Part shown: piece by piece, positions 32,737 through 45,140 of the stretch
Layout: every line of letters starts with the position of its first letter
Position numbering within the stretch: position 1 is the first letter of the stretch
Assembly: GCA_000004985.1 (NCBI GenBank)
Contig: GG738902.1
Reading direction: 5' to 3' (one strand)
From: Naegleria gruberi
Lineage: Eukaryota
Length of the DNA: 64,000 nt
Position numbers and translations under genes: made by a program
The notes under the pieces: generated by a model
Database searches by the model: none
Told to the model about the DNA's origin: nothing
What the model saw: the letters and a program-made list of their open reading frames with translations, nothing else

Positions 32737-34605
32737 ATGTCACTCACAGATCTTCCCAGAGAAATATTTCTTCTAGTTCATTCCTACACTGATTTTCAAA
32801 CTATTCTAAACCTGCGCTCAGTTTCCAAATATTTATCCATTGTGAATAAATATTATCAATCGGAAATTGTGAATTTCACTAAAGATTATTCCGAATATTA
32901 TTCACTTGGAGAGATTCTATTAGATTTTAGAGGAAAGGACAATTTAATGTCACTAGTCGAACCATCAATCATGTTTTTTGATGAAAATATTGAAAAGATC
33001 GAATCTGTCATATTGAATTTGGATCAATGCACAACACAAAGTTTAGGATTTATTGGAAGTTTATTCGGTAATAATTGTAATCTCATTTCTGATTTGAAAT
33101 TGGATTTGTGGTTTTCCAGAAAAATCAAATTTGAAAAAATTGATGTAAAATTCATTTCAAAATTTGAAAAATTGCAAAATCTTTCAATGGTTTTGGTTCA
33201 TGCCAATGAATGTGTGGATTTGATTTTTGATGAGTTGGAAAGAGGAAAATTTAATGAATTGAAGAAATTCGAATTGGCCATTCGTTGCACCACTTTATTG
33301 AGTCCTCAAATTTTGAGATTGGCTAATATTTTGGAACAAATGAAAACGTTGAAACACTTGACATTGGAAATATTACACGTACAACCTTCACAAAAAGCAA
33401 TGAATACTTTGATAGAGTCACTCTATTATATTCCATTTCTCAATCTTAGAGTAAAGTTGAATGCTCAATTCACGATGGAACCATTGCGTAATCTTTCTGG
33501 GAAATGTAGAGAGCTTTCCATGAAAATTGAAAATGGAGGAGCCACTCAGGAAATTTATTTGGATCAGGTTAAGAATTTGGCAAAATTAGAGATTGATTCT
33601 TTGCCAAACTCTCGTGCAATGTTGAATTCATATATGAAGGAATTGATTATTGGGGATTATGCTTCAAATTTGCAACAACTTTTAAAGAATGATTTTCTCT
33701 TGGGAAATACTTTTGACAATTTGAAGAGATTGGAATTGATTCATGTTGGAAATGTATTGGATGCTCCTAATGTATTTCCATCTTTGGAATATGTACATTG
33801 TTCAAATTGCTCGTTTAGGAGTAGCATTGAGTTCTTTTCTAATAGTAGAAAATTGAAGAGTTTAGTGTTGAAATTTTGTGTTTTTGAAACAAGATCTACA
33901 ACAGAATTGAGGTGCAAAGAATTGGAAGAATTGGACATTACCACCTCTGGTACCTGCACTAAATTTCTTGATATTCCTGCATTGAGAGGACTGAAACTCA
34001 AAAAACTAACCATCTTTCCTGTAACCACATTTTTAGCTTATTCAAACTTTGTATCCAATGCAAGTCAGACATTAGTGGACCTATCAGCTATTGAGGAAAT
34101 GTCAAGTTTGGAATATTTGAATTTAGGAGAATATTACGACAAGTTTTCTTTTGACAAGTTGACTAATCTGAAATATTTGGAGATTCGAGATGTTAGATCT
34201 GAGGGGATTTTATCATTTTGTACAAATGACCATTTACTTCATAATTGCATTATTCATTTTGAAAATACTTATGTGAGGGATATTTTTCCAACTTATTCAG
34301 AAAATGGAATTGCTAAGGTTGACAAGTCAATTCATCGATTAATTATTTCCAAATTGAAAGGGTTGGGTTGTCATGTGAAAGGTGTTAAATTTGTTATAAT
34401 ATCAACAAAGTATATCTACGTTTCTTTCCATGTGCAATCCAAGAAACAATTGGTTTATTCATTTCCTAGTTTCATTCTAATTAGTAGAAAGCAACCATAT
34501 TCAATTTTGGCAAGTGGAAGAAGTTTCGAAAAGAAACAAGAAAAATTCGAAGATTCATGGGATATACCTCCAAATGTCGACCAAAATAAATGTGATATCC
34601 AATAA
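32737..34605 (+). CDS. F-box / leucine-rich-repeat protein.
   Basis: An N-terminal F-box (LTDLPREIFLLVHSYTDFQTILNLRSVSKYLSIVNKYY) is followed by repeated L..L..L.L leucine-rich segments. Single exon of 622 aa. Confidence 0.6.
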   Translation: MSLTDLPREIFLLVHSYTDFQTILNLRSVSKYLSIVNKYYQSEIVNFTKDYSEYYSLGEILLDFRGKDNLMSLVEPSIMFFDENIEKIESVILNLDQCTTQSLGFIGSLFGNNCNLISDLKLDLWFSRKIKFEKIDVKFISKFEKLQNLSMVLVHANECVDLIFDELERGKFNELKKFELAIRCTTLLSPQILRLANILEQMKTLKHLTLEILHVQPSQKAMNTLIESLYYIPFLNLRVKLNAQFTMEPLRNLSGKCRELSMKIENGGATQEIYLDQVKNLAKLEIDSLPNSRAMLNSYMKELIIGDYASNLQQLLKNDFLLGNTFDNLKRLELIHVGNVLDAPNVFPSLEYVHCSNCSFRSSIEFFSNSRKLKSLVLKFCVFETRSTTELRCKELEELDITTSGTCTKFLDIPALRGLKLKKLTIFPVTTFLAYSNFVSNASQTLVDLSAIEEMSSLEYLNLGEYYDKFSFDKLTNLKYLEIRDVRSEGILSFCTNDHLLHNCIIHFENTYVRDIFPTYSENGIAKVDKSIHRLIISKLKGLGCHVKGVKFVIISTKYIYVSFHVQSKKQLVYSFPSFILISRKQPYSILASGRSFEKKQEKFEDSWDIPPNVDQNKCDIQ

Positions 34606-34951
34606 TACAAACTAATCAAACTAATCTTTGACCTTTCCATTCATTCTTAATATTTCCACATTAATGTGGGAATCTCTTTTTGTGAAAAAAACAGCAGCAC
34701 TGTTGGAAATTCATTCATATCCAATAATATCCATCGAACCAGATAATGACCAATGTTGGAATAATAAACTAGCTCATTATCCGTTATTATCACAGGAAGA
34801 TTGGCAACTTTTATATGTTGATATGCACAACTTTTTAATCTAAGATACTACCATACTACCACCAATAACTTTCTCTGGAGGTGGCATCCTCCTCAAGCTG
34901 AGGGTTCATTCGAATTTGTTGAAGAATCTTAATAAAATTAAGAAAACAAAA

Positions 34952-36796
34952 ATGATATCGAACAAAACAATTCAATCCGTTGATGAAGTGGTCGTAGAGA
35001 ATGAATCTCCCTTATCATGCTCACAATTAGAAAATTGTGGTTTTGTTGTTGTAATGTATCTCATGAGAACCAAAGATATGAACATTATTGTAGCGAATGG
35101 AGAGGGACCCTTTCCTTCTCTTCCACCACCTTCCGAAACAACTTCTCTCTCCTACGGCCAAGTGGATAAAGAACAGCAGAAAGGCTTGTGGTATTTTCTA
35201 TTTGGTAATAGTAGGGATAATAGTAAAAAGCCGGAGAAGAAACATGCTCTGTTTGTGAGGGATTTACGACTTGATGAATGTCATGGAGTGGAAAGTCGAA
35301 GAGTTGAGATGAGGAGATTATATTCAAAGTTTGAAATTGTTCTTCAAATTGTTAGGGGGGTGGAGTATGTTTTGCTACCACGAAATTGGTATGACATATC
35401 ATGTTGGAGAGAAAGACTTGGTAATGACATTTTTGGTCTCTCTTTGAGGAATAGAAAGTTTCCAGTATTCGAAACATCAATCAGATATGGAAATGCTTAC
35501 TTGACGGATTATGGAACCAAGTTTGGTATTCCAGAAATTGAGCAGAATGTGATTTTTAATTATTCAAAATGCACCAACGAACAAAGAGTGAAAATGGTTG
35601 AAAAAGTATACGAAATAGACTTTAAAAATGTTGAAATTCATCCTCTTTATTTCATTTTTGCATTTACAGAGTTTGGAAAGAGTTTGAGATATTTCAAATT
35701 GTTAAAAAAATTTGGGAAATCACCTTCTCCATATTTGGAAACCATCTTGTCAAGCAACTCCTTAAAATTCATAAGCAAATATGATTTAGACATTATTAGA
35801 CACTTTAAGTTTTGGCTTCACGTCCCAATCAATGTTTGGTATTTTGAAACTACTGATTTCTCAGACAGTATTAAGGTTGGAGAATATGATTCAACACCAA
35901 TTCGTAGAATCGATTGGTTGAAGGAAAGATTGCTAAGTGATGATTTACAGACTCCTTTCGAGATTGAACATTCTGATGGTATTGACATTTCATTTGGTAA
36001 AGCAGGAGATGAAATAGTGCAACGAATGAATTTGGCTGTAATAGAAAAGTGTTATTACAAGCAGGAATATTTATCTTGCAGATTAGTTGAACTGGATGAT
36101 GGAAATTCACATGCAAATCAAGATGTTTATCCAATATTTTGGAGAGAGGACACTTTTGTAATTCACTCTGAAAACTTGCAATTGTTGTGTGAGAATCTAC
36201 TCAACATTGTTTCAATGATTGTTAAAAATTGGGATTTAACTGTTGAAGAAGATGTTCCTTTTTTGGATTATGATTTGGTGGATATGAGATATTTATATAG
36301 AATTGAATTAAGTTTAAAACAGTCAAAGATTATTAGCTCCAAATTATCTCAACATCTAGACAGTTTCAATTTAACTCCTAAACAATTAGAAAGTGCAAAT
36401 TGTGTTGTAAAGACAATTACAAGTCAAATTAGAAATGTCGAAATGATGGCAATGTCACTATTACAATTAAGCAACCAATACGAAAAAGACTTGTTTGTGA
36501 AAATTCCTCACAGATTTCAAGCCATCATTATGTTAAGTGAATGGATTGATCACTGTTTGGATTTCACGCATTCAATTCAAGGATATTTCTTACAATATTT
36601 CAATTTTCCAAATCAAATTGACAAATATTTCAGCGATATTGTTATTGAAAAGTTGATCATGAAACAAATCAAAACTCAGGACATTTATGAAATGGCAAAA
36701 TACCTGTCCATCATGTCAACTGCCATACAACATGATCTATTTTTGTATCATGCTGGATGGATTATTGATGCTTTTTCTGCTTGGATTGAGAAATAA
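34952..36796 (+). CDS. Hypothetical protein of about 615 aa.
   Basis: A long uninterrupted ORF. The first in-frame ATG is at 34952; the listed start is TTG. No recognisable domain. Confidence 0.4.
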   Translation: MISNKTIQSVDEVVVENESPLSCSQLENCGFVVVMYLMRTKDMNIIVANGEGPFPSLPPPSETTSLSYGQVDKEQQKGLWYFLFGNSRDNSKKPEKKHALFVRDLRLDECHGVESRRVEMRRLYSKFEIVLQIVRGVEYVLLPRNWYDISCWRERLGNDIFGLSLRNRKFPVFETSIRYGNAYLTDYGTKFGIPEIEQNVIFNYSKCTNEQRVKMVEKVYEIDFKNVEIHPLYFIFAFTEFGKSLRYFKLLKKFGKSPSPYLETILSSNSLKFISKYDLDIIRHFKFWLHVPINVWYFETTDFSDSIKVGEYDSTPIRRIDWLKERLLSDDLQTPFEIEHSDGIDISFGKAGDEIVQRMNLAVIEKCYYKQEYLSCRLVELDDGNSHANQDVYPIFWREDTFVIHSENLQLLCENLLNIVSMIVKNWDLTVEEDVPFLDYDLVDMRYLYRIELSLKQSKIISSKLSQHLDSFNLTPKQLESANCVVKTITSQIRNVEMMAMSLLQLSNQYEKDLFVKIPHRFQAIIMLSEWIDHCLDFTHSIQGYFLQYFNFPNQIDKYFSDIVIEKLIMKQIKTQDIYEMAKYLSIMSTAIQHDLFLYHAGWIIDAFSAWIEK

Positions 36797-37077
36797 ATTT
36801 CACTAATGGATTAAGGACATTTATTTTTCTTTTTAGCTAAAAGAACAATTACACACACCAAGAAAATAAAACCACAAGAAAAGAAAGCACCATTTCTTGT
36901 TTTTTTCAATATAATATTTGAGTAATTGTGTGAATTGGTAGAAAACACAGTTTTCGCTTGAGAAGACAAAAAAATAAAAATAGCAAATCCAAAAAAACTT
37001 GCTGCTGCAAATTTTTCTCCTTCAAAACCAAATATAAACTTGGAACATAAATTTATAAACAAAAAAAACAACAAAAC

Positions 37078-38553
37078 ATGAAAATTATTGAACAAGAAGA
37101 TATGTTAGAAGAAGAACTTGTTGTAATCCATTTGGATACTTCCATTTTCAGTCCACTCCTCAAATCAACAACAGACAACCAATCCAAATTATTAAAGCAC
37201 TGGTGTATGGAGGCAGATCTATTCAAATATTCCATCATTACACCTCTGGAATATTGTATTGAACAACCAAACCTTAATGGACAGTATTGCAAAATTAGTA
37301 AAGCTCCCTATGTATACTCTAAGAAACTACCATTGGAAGAGGAGGGATCGAAATGGATATGGGGTATGGATTCGATATTTGTACCAGATTATGTTGGTTC
37401 AAAACATGGCTCCTTATTGAGTGTTAAACAATCAACAAATAACGATGAAATAATTTGTGAAAAAGAAACTGAAAGATCAGATGCAACTATTCCAGTTGTT
37501 GTAGAGATGAGAAACAATAGAGAGTTTATGATGGAGAGTGTACAGAAAAATGGTTTATTACTTTATTATGCTCATCCTGATTTACTTTTTGATCAAGAAT
37601 TATTATTGGAAGCCATAAGAAATAATGTATCTGCTTTCCAATATGTTCCATATAATCTCAGAAGAGATGAACAATTCTTAAAAAGAGCTATTGAAAAATG
37701 TGGAGATGTGTTTTTATACCTTACTGGAGAGTGGAGAAAGAGAAATGATTTATACGAAATATCTTTGAGAACATGTGAAAACAAGCTAAAACTATTCGAA
37801 AGATTGGATCCTTCAATTAGAATGAATTATGCACCCAGTATGGTATCAAACTATTGGAGAGCAATCTATTTCCTCAACCCTTCAGACTCTCGATACTCTC
37901 AACTAATCCAGATTATTCTCAATTCGAATCAAGTTTCTGACTCTGAATTAATCAATTCAAATTTAATAACCAACAGGAAAGATTTATGGAAATATCTCGA
38001 TATTTCTTATAGGGCACTTATCTTGGCTAAAAGAGAGTGCATTGATAATGAAGCAATCATTAAGGCATTGAGAAGTAATATGATCATTTCCAACTATCTA
38101 TCGTATTACCAATGGAATGCAATCAAGGAAAATCATTCTCTTATAATGGAAATAATTCAAAATCCAATAGAATTAACAATTGAAGCTGCAACATTTATTA
38201 TTAAAAATTCTAATCGGGATAATGTCAGAGCACTCGTAAAAAGATATCCTTTTCTAGCAGAAAAGGTTACTGAGGTGAAAATGATGTTTGATCCTTATAT
38301 TCTTAGATATTTGCCGTCAAACAAACAATATGAAACTATTCGAAAGTGTGCCAAACTAATAATGGATGAAAAAGAGTATTTCGAAACAGTAGGATATTAT
38401 TTCCAAGGAAGCAGTGCCCTCGCCTGGATTTTAAGAGAAAGATTTACCATATCACATCCTGGCTTGGTCATTCCTTACCATAGATTTGGAAAAAAACTCG
38501 ACTGTCAACCAATTTGTTGGGATTTTGAGTTGTGGTATGAGAGTATCAACTAA
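37078..38553 (+). CDS. DUF4116-repeat protein, a paralog of the 9730-10665 gene.
   Basis: Repeats such as NNREFMMESVQKNGLLLYYAHPDLLFDQELLLEAIRNNVSAFQYVPYNLRRDEQFLKRAIEKCGDVFLYL follow the same [ND].[RK]E..L.A...N..A..Y. periodicity. Single exon. Confidence 0.55.
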   Translation: MKIIEQEDMLEEELVVIHLDTSIFSPLLKSTTDNQSKLLKHWCMEADLFKYSIITPLEYCIEQPNLNGQYCKISKAPYVYSKKLPLEEEGSKWIWGMDSIFVPDYVGSKHGSLLSVKQSTNNDEIICEKETERSDATIPVVVEMRNNREFMMESVQKNGLLLYYAHPDLLFDQELLLEAIRNNVSAFQYVPYNLRRDEQFLKRAIEKCGDVFLYLTGEWRKRNDLYEISLRTCENKLKLFERLDPSIRMNYAPSMVSNYWRAIYFLNPSDSRYSQLIQIILNSNQVSDSELINSNLITNRKDLWKYLDISYRALILAKRECIDNEAIIKALRSNMIISNYLSYYQWNAIKENHSLIMEIIQNPIELTIEAATFIIKNSNRDNVRALVKRYPFLAEKVTEVKMMFDPYILRYLPSNKQYETIRKCAKLIMDEKEYFETVGYYFQGSSALAWILRERFTISHPGLVIPYHRFGKKLDCQPICWDFELWYESIN

Positions 38554-38781
38554 ATAAAAACCGACTATAGGTCTAGTGTAATTTCCTAACTAAGTAAAAT
38601 TCAAAATATGCCATCCTCAAGTAGGCCACACAATAAATCTGATCGATTTTCAACTGAAATGCTCGATATATTTAAAGCTCCTATCTAAACTTTCGAGTTG
38701 GGTGTGGAGCATTCTATTGTTTGATTTAAAAATAACATTTGAAACCATCTATTTTGTTTTAAAGATATTTAAATTTAATGT

Positions 38782-41700
38782 TTACAAAAATCCTTTGACT
38801 TCATCATACCCTGGTTGATCAATTTCTTCAGCAAGTTCGCCTGACTTGTATTGTTCATAGTGCTTTGGTGTTAAAAGTCCCATATCTACCAACTGTGTAA
38901 GGAGTGGCTTAATGCTTTCAAACTTATTACGAATAAAACAGGCATATTGACTGATACCCAAAATTGTAATTTCATCTCCATCTTCGAGCTTTTCCTTGAC
39001 TTGATCCTTCAGTAATGCTTGGAATGATTCAACGTTTTGAACTGGATCTTCATGCAATGATGAATTAAGGATACCAGAGATGATTTGTTCGATAGACAAT
39101 AAATTAATGTAATCATCAACTTCTTCCTTTTCGTTAATCTTCTTATTGAAGAAGACAGATGGTTCAAAACATCCATAACAGTTTTCTTCAACCAATTCGC
39201 AGAATTTGGAGTAGTAATCACCATTTGGCTTCAATACGTTCATAATATCCATGACACTATTTACCAAGTGCTTTCCAGCTTCAACCTCACTCAAAACAAG
39301 ATGGTTTTCAAGTTCATCTTCATAGTTAGCAAGAATCTTCTTCAAATCATCATTTAATTCACATTCAGACTTGACAGAAGCAAAAACATTCTTGAGAATA
39401 TCAAATGCGTGTTCTTCTTGCAATGGAGCATCTTCATCCAAAACAACTGTAACCAAAATATCGTACAAACAGTTAAAAGGCAAAACTTTTTCGAAAAGGA
39501 GTCTACCAAAGAGTTTACCAGTATATGGGAACAACTCTGGAATATCAACGTATGTTTCTTCTTGGACAGATGAAAGCAAGTATGAAATCAAGCCATCAAC
39601 GAAAACTGTCTCAGTAACAAGTGGTTCAGCACCTTGAGTCAATCTCTTGCACAACTTGACACAATCGCTGAGTTCAGCATCTCTACTATTTTCACAAGCA
39701 CAGAGGGCAAGAGTCTTAGCAAAGTGGTGTGATTTGAACAAGTTTTCTTTGGTGATAGTTTCAATTGTATCTTCAATCTCTCCTTCTTCAAAGAAGTTAT
39801 TAATAATTCTCTTGGTCTTTTCAGTTGTTTCCTTAATTTGTTCTTCAGTTTCTTCTGGAACAACTTCAACTTCTTCAATAACTTCTTCTTCTTCTTCTTC
39901 ACTGACTGGTTCCTTTTCTTCTTCATCTTCCAAAAGTGAGAAAGAATTCAAATCCTTCTTGCTTTGAGTTGGAGATGGAGCCTTTGTGATCAAGTTACCA
40001 CCACCTGGAGCCAAAGTCTTCTTAGCATCCATCTTTCTGTATCTTTCAGCTTGCAAACCAGATTGCTTATTATTATTATTATTATTATTATTATTGTATA
40101 CAGTCTTAGTCTTGACAGTTGTCTTTCTATTGTGGTGATGCTTTTCAATCTTCTTAATTTGATCCATTTGTTGCTTAACAGCATCATCTCTGGCTTCTTG
40201 TCTAGTCTTGGTAGCCTTTGTCTTTTCAATTCTGGCAACCCAGTTATTAATTCTCATATCAATAACATCTCTAAGCATAAATCTGAGACGAGAGGCAAGG
40301 TTATCCTTATCTTGAGCAAGGGTTTCCATTTTACCAAAGTAATAATTGACATATTTCTTTGACTTTTCATGATCCAATTTGCTACCAATAGTAGTCAATA
40401 AACGACACAAAAGTTCAATATCATCAGAAGATGGATATGGAGTTGGATTAACGAGCAATCTCTTGATAACTTCATGCATAATCTTTTCACTAAGCATATC
40501 TTGCAAATAAAGTTCACCAATGAAAATCATGTTACCAACTTTCTTCTTTCTCAATAAGAATTCCTTTTCTTCAACTTCCTCAGGGCTCAAGCCAACTTGA
40601 GCTGCCTTTTCAAGTTCTTCCTTCTTTTCATTTTCGAATTCTTTTTGACATTTGTTCAATAACAATCTCTTGAATTGTTTAGTATTTTCTTCTCCAATTC
40701 TTTCCTTAAGTTCGTTACTTAAATCAGCACACAACTTGGCATAGAGAGCAGAGAAGTTTTGAAGGTTAATAGCGAAAATGAAAATTTGATCAATAATACC
40801 ATTCAAAACAGCTTCATCACCTGGCTTCTTAATACAAGCATTTAAGAATTCAATCTTAAGTCTTTCATAGTTTTCAGGTGTCAATCTGTTAAGAATAAAT
40901 TTAACTTCATCAACAATGACTTCATCCTCAGGCTTATCCTTTGACAATTTCAAGGCATTTTGAGACTTTGAAAGCTTTTCATAAGAACCTTGCTTTCTAT
41001 TTGTTGCTCCTTTTCCACCACGAGCACCTCCTCTATTATTTTCGAATCCACCACGTCCTCCTCTTGAACTGGCTCCTCCACGAGTGGTACCACCTCTTCC
41101 ACCTTGGCCTCCGCCACGTCCACCACCTCTACCTTGACCACCTTTGTTGAATCCACCAGCCATAGCCATTGATGATGAAGCGCCCTTTGAAATAAGGAAA
41201 ATTTCACCCATACCTTTAAGCTTTTCTGGAGCTTCAGTGCAAACATCTCTGAATTTAAGGAGATAATCTCTAGAGTAAACCTTGCTACTTGGTTCGGTTT
41301 CTCCTTCTTCCTCTTCCTCTTCACTAGAATCTTCCATTCCGTCGATTTCGCTTGGATCTTCCTTGATGACTTTATCTTCATCAATATCTGAAGATTTAGA
41401 ATTATCAAAGGTTTCTTCACCTTCAAGTGTTGTTGGAGTTTCAGTATATTCACTAATTGGTGTTTGTGGTGTTTCCAGTTCAGTTTGTTTTTCTTCAACT
41501 GGTGTAGCTTCCTCAGTTTGTTTTGGAGCTTCCTCAACAATTGGTTCAGTAGTAGCTGTTGTTGTTGCAGTTTCAGTAGTTTCAGTAGTTGTTGATATTG
41601 TTACTGGTGTTGTTGTTGTTGATGTTGTTGTAGCTTCAGTAGTTGAAGCTGTTTCATTTGATGACTTATCATCAAGAATATTAACCTCTTTACCACTCTT

Positions 41701-42437
41701 TGGGTCAGCAATTACAATCTTTGACGATCTTGCTGGTTTAACAATCTCACTAGAAGTTGTACTCTTTGGTTCACTACTAGGATAACCATAAGGTGGATAA
41801 CCAACAGGTGGGATTGGATATCCCATAGCTGGTTGCATCTGTGGATAGAAGATTGGTTGTTGATGTTGTGGATAAGTGTTTTTAACATAAGTCTTGTGTT
41901 CAGGTATTTTGCTGTGGTTATGTTCTGTATATGATCCGATTAAATGATATTATTCATCAAATTATTAATATTATTAATAAAAATAAAATTCAATTTAAAT
42001 AACTTACGAGGTGTATGTTCAGAAATAGCTGGTGGAGCACTGGCTGTTCTTTGAATGTGATTACCAATATCAGCATTTCTGACAGAATTGAGTGAAGGAT
42101 TATTATAAGATTGTTGGACTACAACAGGAGGTTCGTAGTTGGCAGGAGGTGTATAAGTAGTATTTGTATTAGTGTTATTATTACTTTGGTAGGATTGGTT
42201 TGAAGAACCTTGGTATCCTCCTCTACCACCGCCTCTACCACCTCTGTTGTTTGAAGAACCTCCTCTGTTGCCACCACCTCTTGAGCCTCCTCTACCAGAC
42301 GAAGAACCACCTCTTGGTTGATGATGAGAGGCTCCTTGAGAATGGGAAGAAGCTGAAGAAGATTGATAGCCTCCTTTTGAATTACCAGAAGAAGGTTTGG
42401 AATTGTTTTGGTTGTTGTGAGTAGACATTTTTTTCAC
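38782..42437 (-). CDS. Translation initiation factor eIF4G. It has 2 exons, 42008-42437 and 38782-41924.
   Basis: Exon 2 carries the eIF4E-binding YxxxxLphi motif (YSRDYLLKF), a MIF4G domain (...RLTPENYERLKIEFLNACIKKPGDEAVLNGIIDQIFIFAI...), an MA3-like region and a C-terminal W2-like acidic/aromatic tail. Exon 1 encodes an RGG/RG-rich N-terminal region. An 83-nt intron at 41925-42007 (GTAAGT...TATACAG) joins ...EHTP to QHNHSKIPEH...PQMQPAMGYP in frame. Confidence 0.8.
40067..40096. repeat. (ATT/TTA)n trinucleotide microsatellite inside the eIF4G CDS, encoding a poly-Asn run.
   Basis: About 10 perfect tta/att units are visible at 40067-40096, and the eIF4G translation shows NNNNNNNNN at this point. 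Confidence 0.7.
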
Positions 42438-42739
42438 GACAAAGTTTAAATTTATCTTGAGGTGATTCTTGGAGAGTGCTGTTGCTTACCGATGATGATT
42501 AAAATGAGGAAGGAATCTTTTTCAGAGAGAGAAAAGAATATTGTATGATGCAATTTGTGTGCTAATTAATTTGGCAATCCATTCTCTCTCTTGGAGTACA
42601 AAGAAATGATGATGATAATAATAATAGATATTAATAATAACAATACACCTCGAGATTGAATCATCACCATAAAGCGAATTTCAAAAAAAATTATTTTAAA
42701 AATTATTTGAAAAATATTAATAATTAATATTAATAAAAA

Positions 42740-43402
42740 ATGAACAATAATCAAACTTTAATATCATCATCGGATTTGAATGGTAATTTGATGGAACAAA
42801 ATCAATTAAAGGAAGAAATTCAAAATGATTCTGCTTCGGTAATGACAGGAAATGAGGATAATATGGATACAAATGATGATGGAGCTGTGGAAATTGAATC
42901 AAGTGATGACGAAGATGATGTCAATCCTTCAGAAAAGGAATACCTTTTGGTGGATCATCCTAATTTTGCCAGCTTACAAAGAGAAAAAGATCGTGTTTTA
43001 TACTTGTTGGAACTAGGAATGACTTTTATTGAATCATTAACAAAAGCCACAAGAGAAAATATGTCTGTGGATGAAGCAATTAGTGATTGTAAAGACAATA
43101 TCTCTGATTATTATGATACATTATCGGAAATTAAGACAAACATGTCTAAACTTATTTGCATGTCATCATTTCATTCGCCTCTAAATTATGAAGGATCATT
43201 GTATTCTGAAAGAAAGAGAATTGAAATTAACAACAAGAAGGCAAAAATTTTAAAATTTGAAACATCAATAGGGAAATCAGGAGCTTATAATGATGATTTT
43301 TCTTCTGTGAATGCATTCAATAATAACAATAATAATTTGGATAACATTTCTCAATCTAATATTTCCTATGGACACACTGCACAAACTCCAAACAAGATGT
43401 AA
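42740..43402 (+). CDS. Hypothetical acidic protein of 220 aa.
   Basis: A clean ATG, an Asp/Glu-rich N-terminal half and an Asn-rich tail. No domain recognised. Confidence 0.35.
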   Translation: MNNNQTLISSSDLNGNLMEQNQLKEEIQNDSASVMTGNEDNMDTNDDGAVEIESSDDEDDVNPSEKEYLLVDHPNFASLQREKDRVLYLLELGMTFIESLTKATRENMSVDEAISDCKDNISDYYDTLSEIKTNMSKLICMSSFHSPLNYEGSLYSERKRIEINNKKAKILKFETSIGKSGAYNDDFSSVNAFNNNNNNLDNISQSNISYGHTAQTPNKM

Positions 43403-43856
43403 AATATAAACTAATTTATTTCTGTACAAATTCAATTTGAATAATTCTAAAAGAAATTTAATTATTTTGGAAAATATCTTTTTCGAATTTAATTCCAAAA
43501 TTGTAAACTGAGAGTTCATCCATACAGTTGAGCAGCACATTTCATTTTGAATAAAAAGTAAAATATTCAAATAATTCCACTTTACAAACCAAAACATCGC
43601 CTCAATTGATCATTATCCATTTACCAAACACTTCCTTATTTTTCCACCTTCCCTACTAGAATCCACAATGAGGCTACTCCAAAACTTTTCAAATAGCTTT
43701 CCTTTTACTTTCCAAGTGACATGACTAGTTGGACATTTGTCGGCGTTGTCGTCACGAACAAGTAAATTTAGCTCCCTCAACGTCCATTTGATTATGAAGA
43801 AACATCATCCATGACGCAATTCAATATTAATAGTAAAAAAAGGTTTCAACAACAAT

Positions 43857-45140
43857 ATGCTTCAAACCCTCAACCAACAACAACAACACAGAAGGGCCGA
43901 AAGCAGCCCAAAATCTACAACTACTTTTGCATCATCAAATAATTCAATTATTGATTCTGATGCAGTCTCCAACAAGGTAAATGAATGGATTGGTTCCTTC
44001 TCAACTTGGACTTCTTCCGTTCAAAAATCCTTGGAGAATACTTTCAAGCAAGATGAAACAACCGCCACCACAACAACAACCCTTCCAACCACCAACAAGT
44101 CAAAGAAGGCACCACCATCATCATCCGTTGTTACCTCTACCACCACCGCCAGTAACAATGACTTTGTCAATGTTGACTTGTCATCATCCAGCGCTGTGGT
44201 GATGAATAATAACACGTTAAAAAAATCCCAACCAACCACTCAAAGCCTTCAACCAGCTTCTACCACTGCTTCCTCACCAACACAAAACAAAATGATGGAA
44301 AAACGATCACTGATAAGAAATCAAGACTTTTCCAGTGGAGAGGAAGATGAAGAATCACTTATTGGATCATTGAAGAAGGGGTCATCATTTTTGAAGGCTT
44401 CCACTGCCGGATCTTGGTTTGATTCAACTTTCTCTAACATCAAGACACAACTCTTCTCCGAAAATAACAAACCAACTGAAGAAGATGACGGACCATTGGC
44501 CAAGTCATTCTCTTCAAAGACCTCCTCGACTAAATCTCCTTCTCCTGTATCATCAACACAAAATAATTTATTGGACTCACTCTCTTCTACCTTTTCATCC
44601 CTCAAAACTCAAACAAATGACAAGTGGTCATCATTGACATCTCAATTCTTTGAAACTCAACCACCTATTGATGAAAATGATAATTCTTTTATTGGTAGAC
44701 TTTCAAAGGACGTTGATGGTATGGTAACTTTATCTGCCAAACAAAGAATGTATGGATTCTTTATGGCATTAGGATTTGGATTGTTGTGTATTCTGATTGC
44801 ACTTGGATTTTTACCATCCATCTTATTTGCTTCTGGTGCTTTTGCATTCTTCTACACATTTGGTAATTTGTTATGCCTTACATCCACTTTATTCCTTGTT
44901 GGACCAGCTGCACAACTCAAGAATATGTCAAAACCTGAAAGAGCTATTCCATCAGCACTTTTTGTTGGATCAATGATATTGACATTGTTGTGTGTTTTCT
45001 TTATGCCACTTGCCATTTTTATTATCATTTTGGTTATTGTTCAAACAGTTAGTTTGGCTTGGTATGTCGTTTCATACATACCATTTGCTCAATCAATTCT
45101 AGGAATGGTCTTCTCTTCATTCATGAAACTCTTCAATTAA
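43857..45140 (+). CDS. SFT2-domain vesicle transport protein with a long Ser/Thr-rich N-terminal extension.
   Basis: The C-terminal roughly 150 aa (MYGFFMALGFGLLCILIALGFLP...FFYTFGNLLCLTSTLFLVGPAAQLKNM...SLAWYVVSYIPFAQ) match the four-helix Sft2/Got1 fold, including the YxxSYIPFA motif. Confidence 0.7.
   Translation: MLQTLNQQQQHRRAESSPKSTTTFASSNNSIIDSDAVSNKVNEWIGSFSTWTSSVQKSLENTFKQDETTATTTTTLPTTNKSKKAPPSSSVVTSTTTASNNDFVNVDLSSSSAVVMNNNTLKKSQPTTQSLQPASTTASSPTQNKMMEKRSLIRNQDFSSGEEDEESLIGSLKKGSSFLKASTAGSWFDSTFSNIKTQLFSENNKPTEEDDGPLAKSFSSKTSSTKSPSPVSSTQNNLLDSLSSTFSSLKTQTNDKWSSLTSQFFETQPPIDENDNSFIGRLSKDVDGMVTLSAKQRMYGFFMALGFGLLCILIALGFLPSILFASGAFAFFYTFGNLLCLTSTLFLVGPAAQLKNMSKPERAIPSALFVGSMILTLLCVFFMPLAIFIIILVIVQTVSLAWYVVSYIPFAQSILGMVFSSFMKLFN

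Noticed and set aside
39647-41785. ORFs 39647-39967(+), 39964-40362(+), 40950-41540(-, a different frame), 41282-41785(+) and similar
   Set aside because: They overlap the eIF4G coding strand. They arise from low-complexity Ser/Thr/Lys/Glu codon runs read in other frames.
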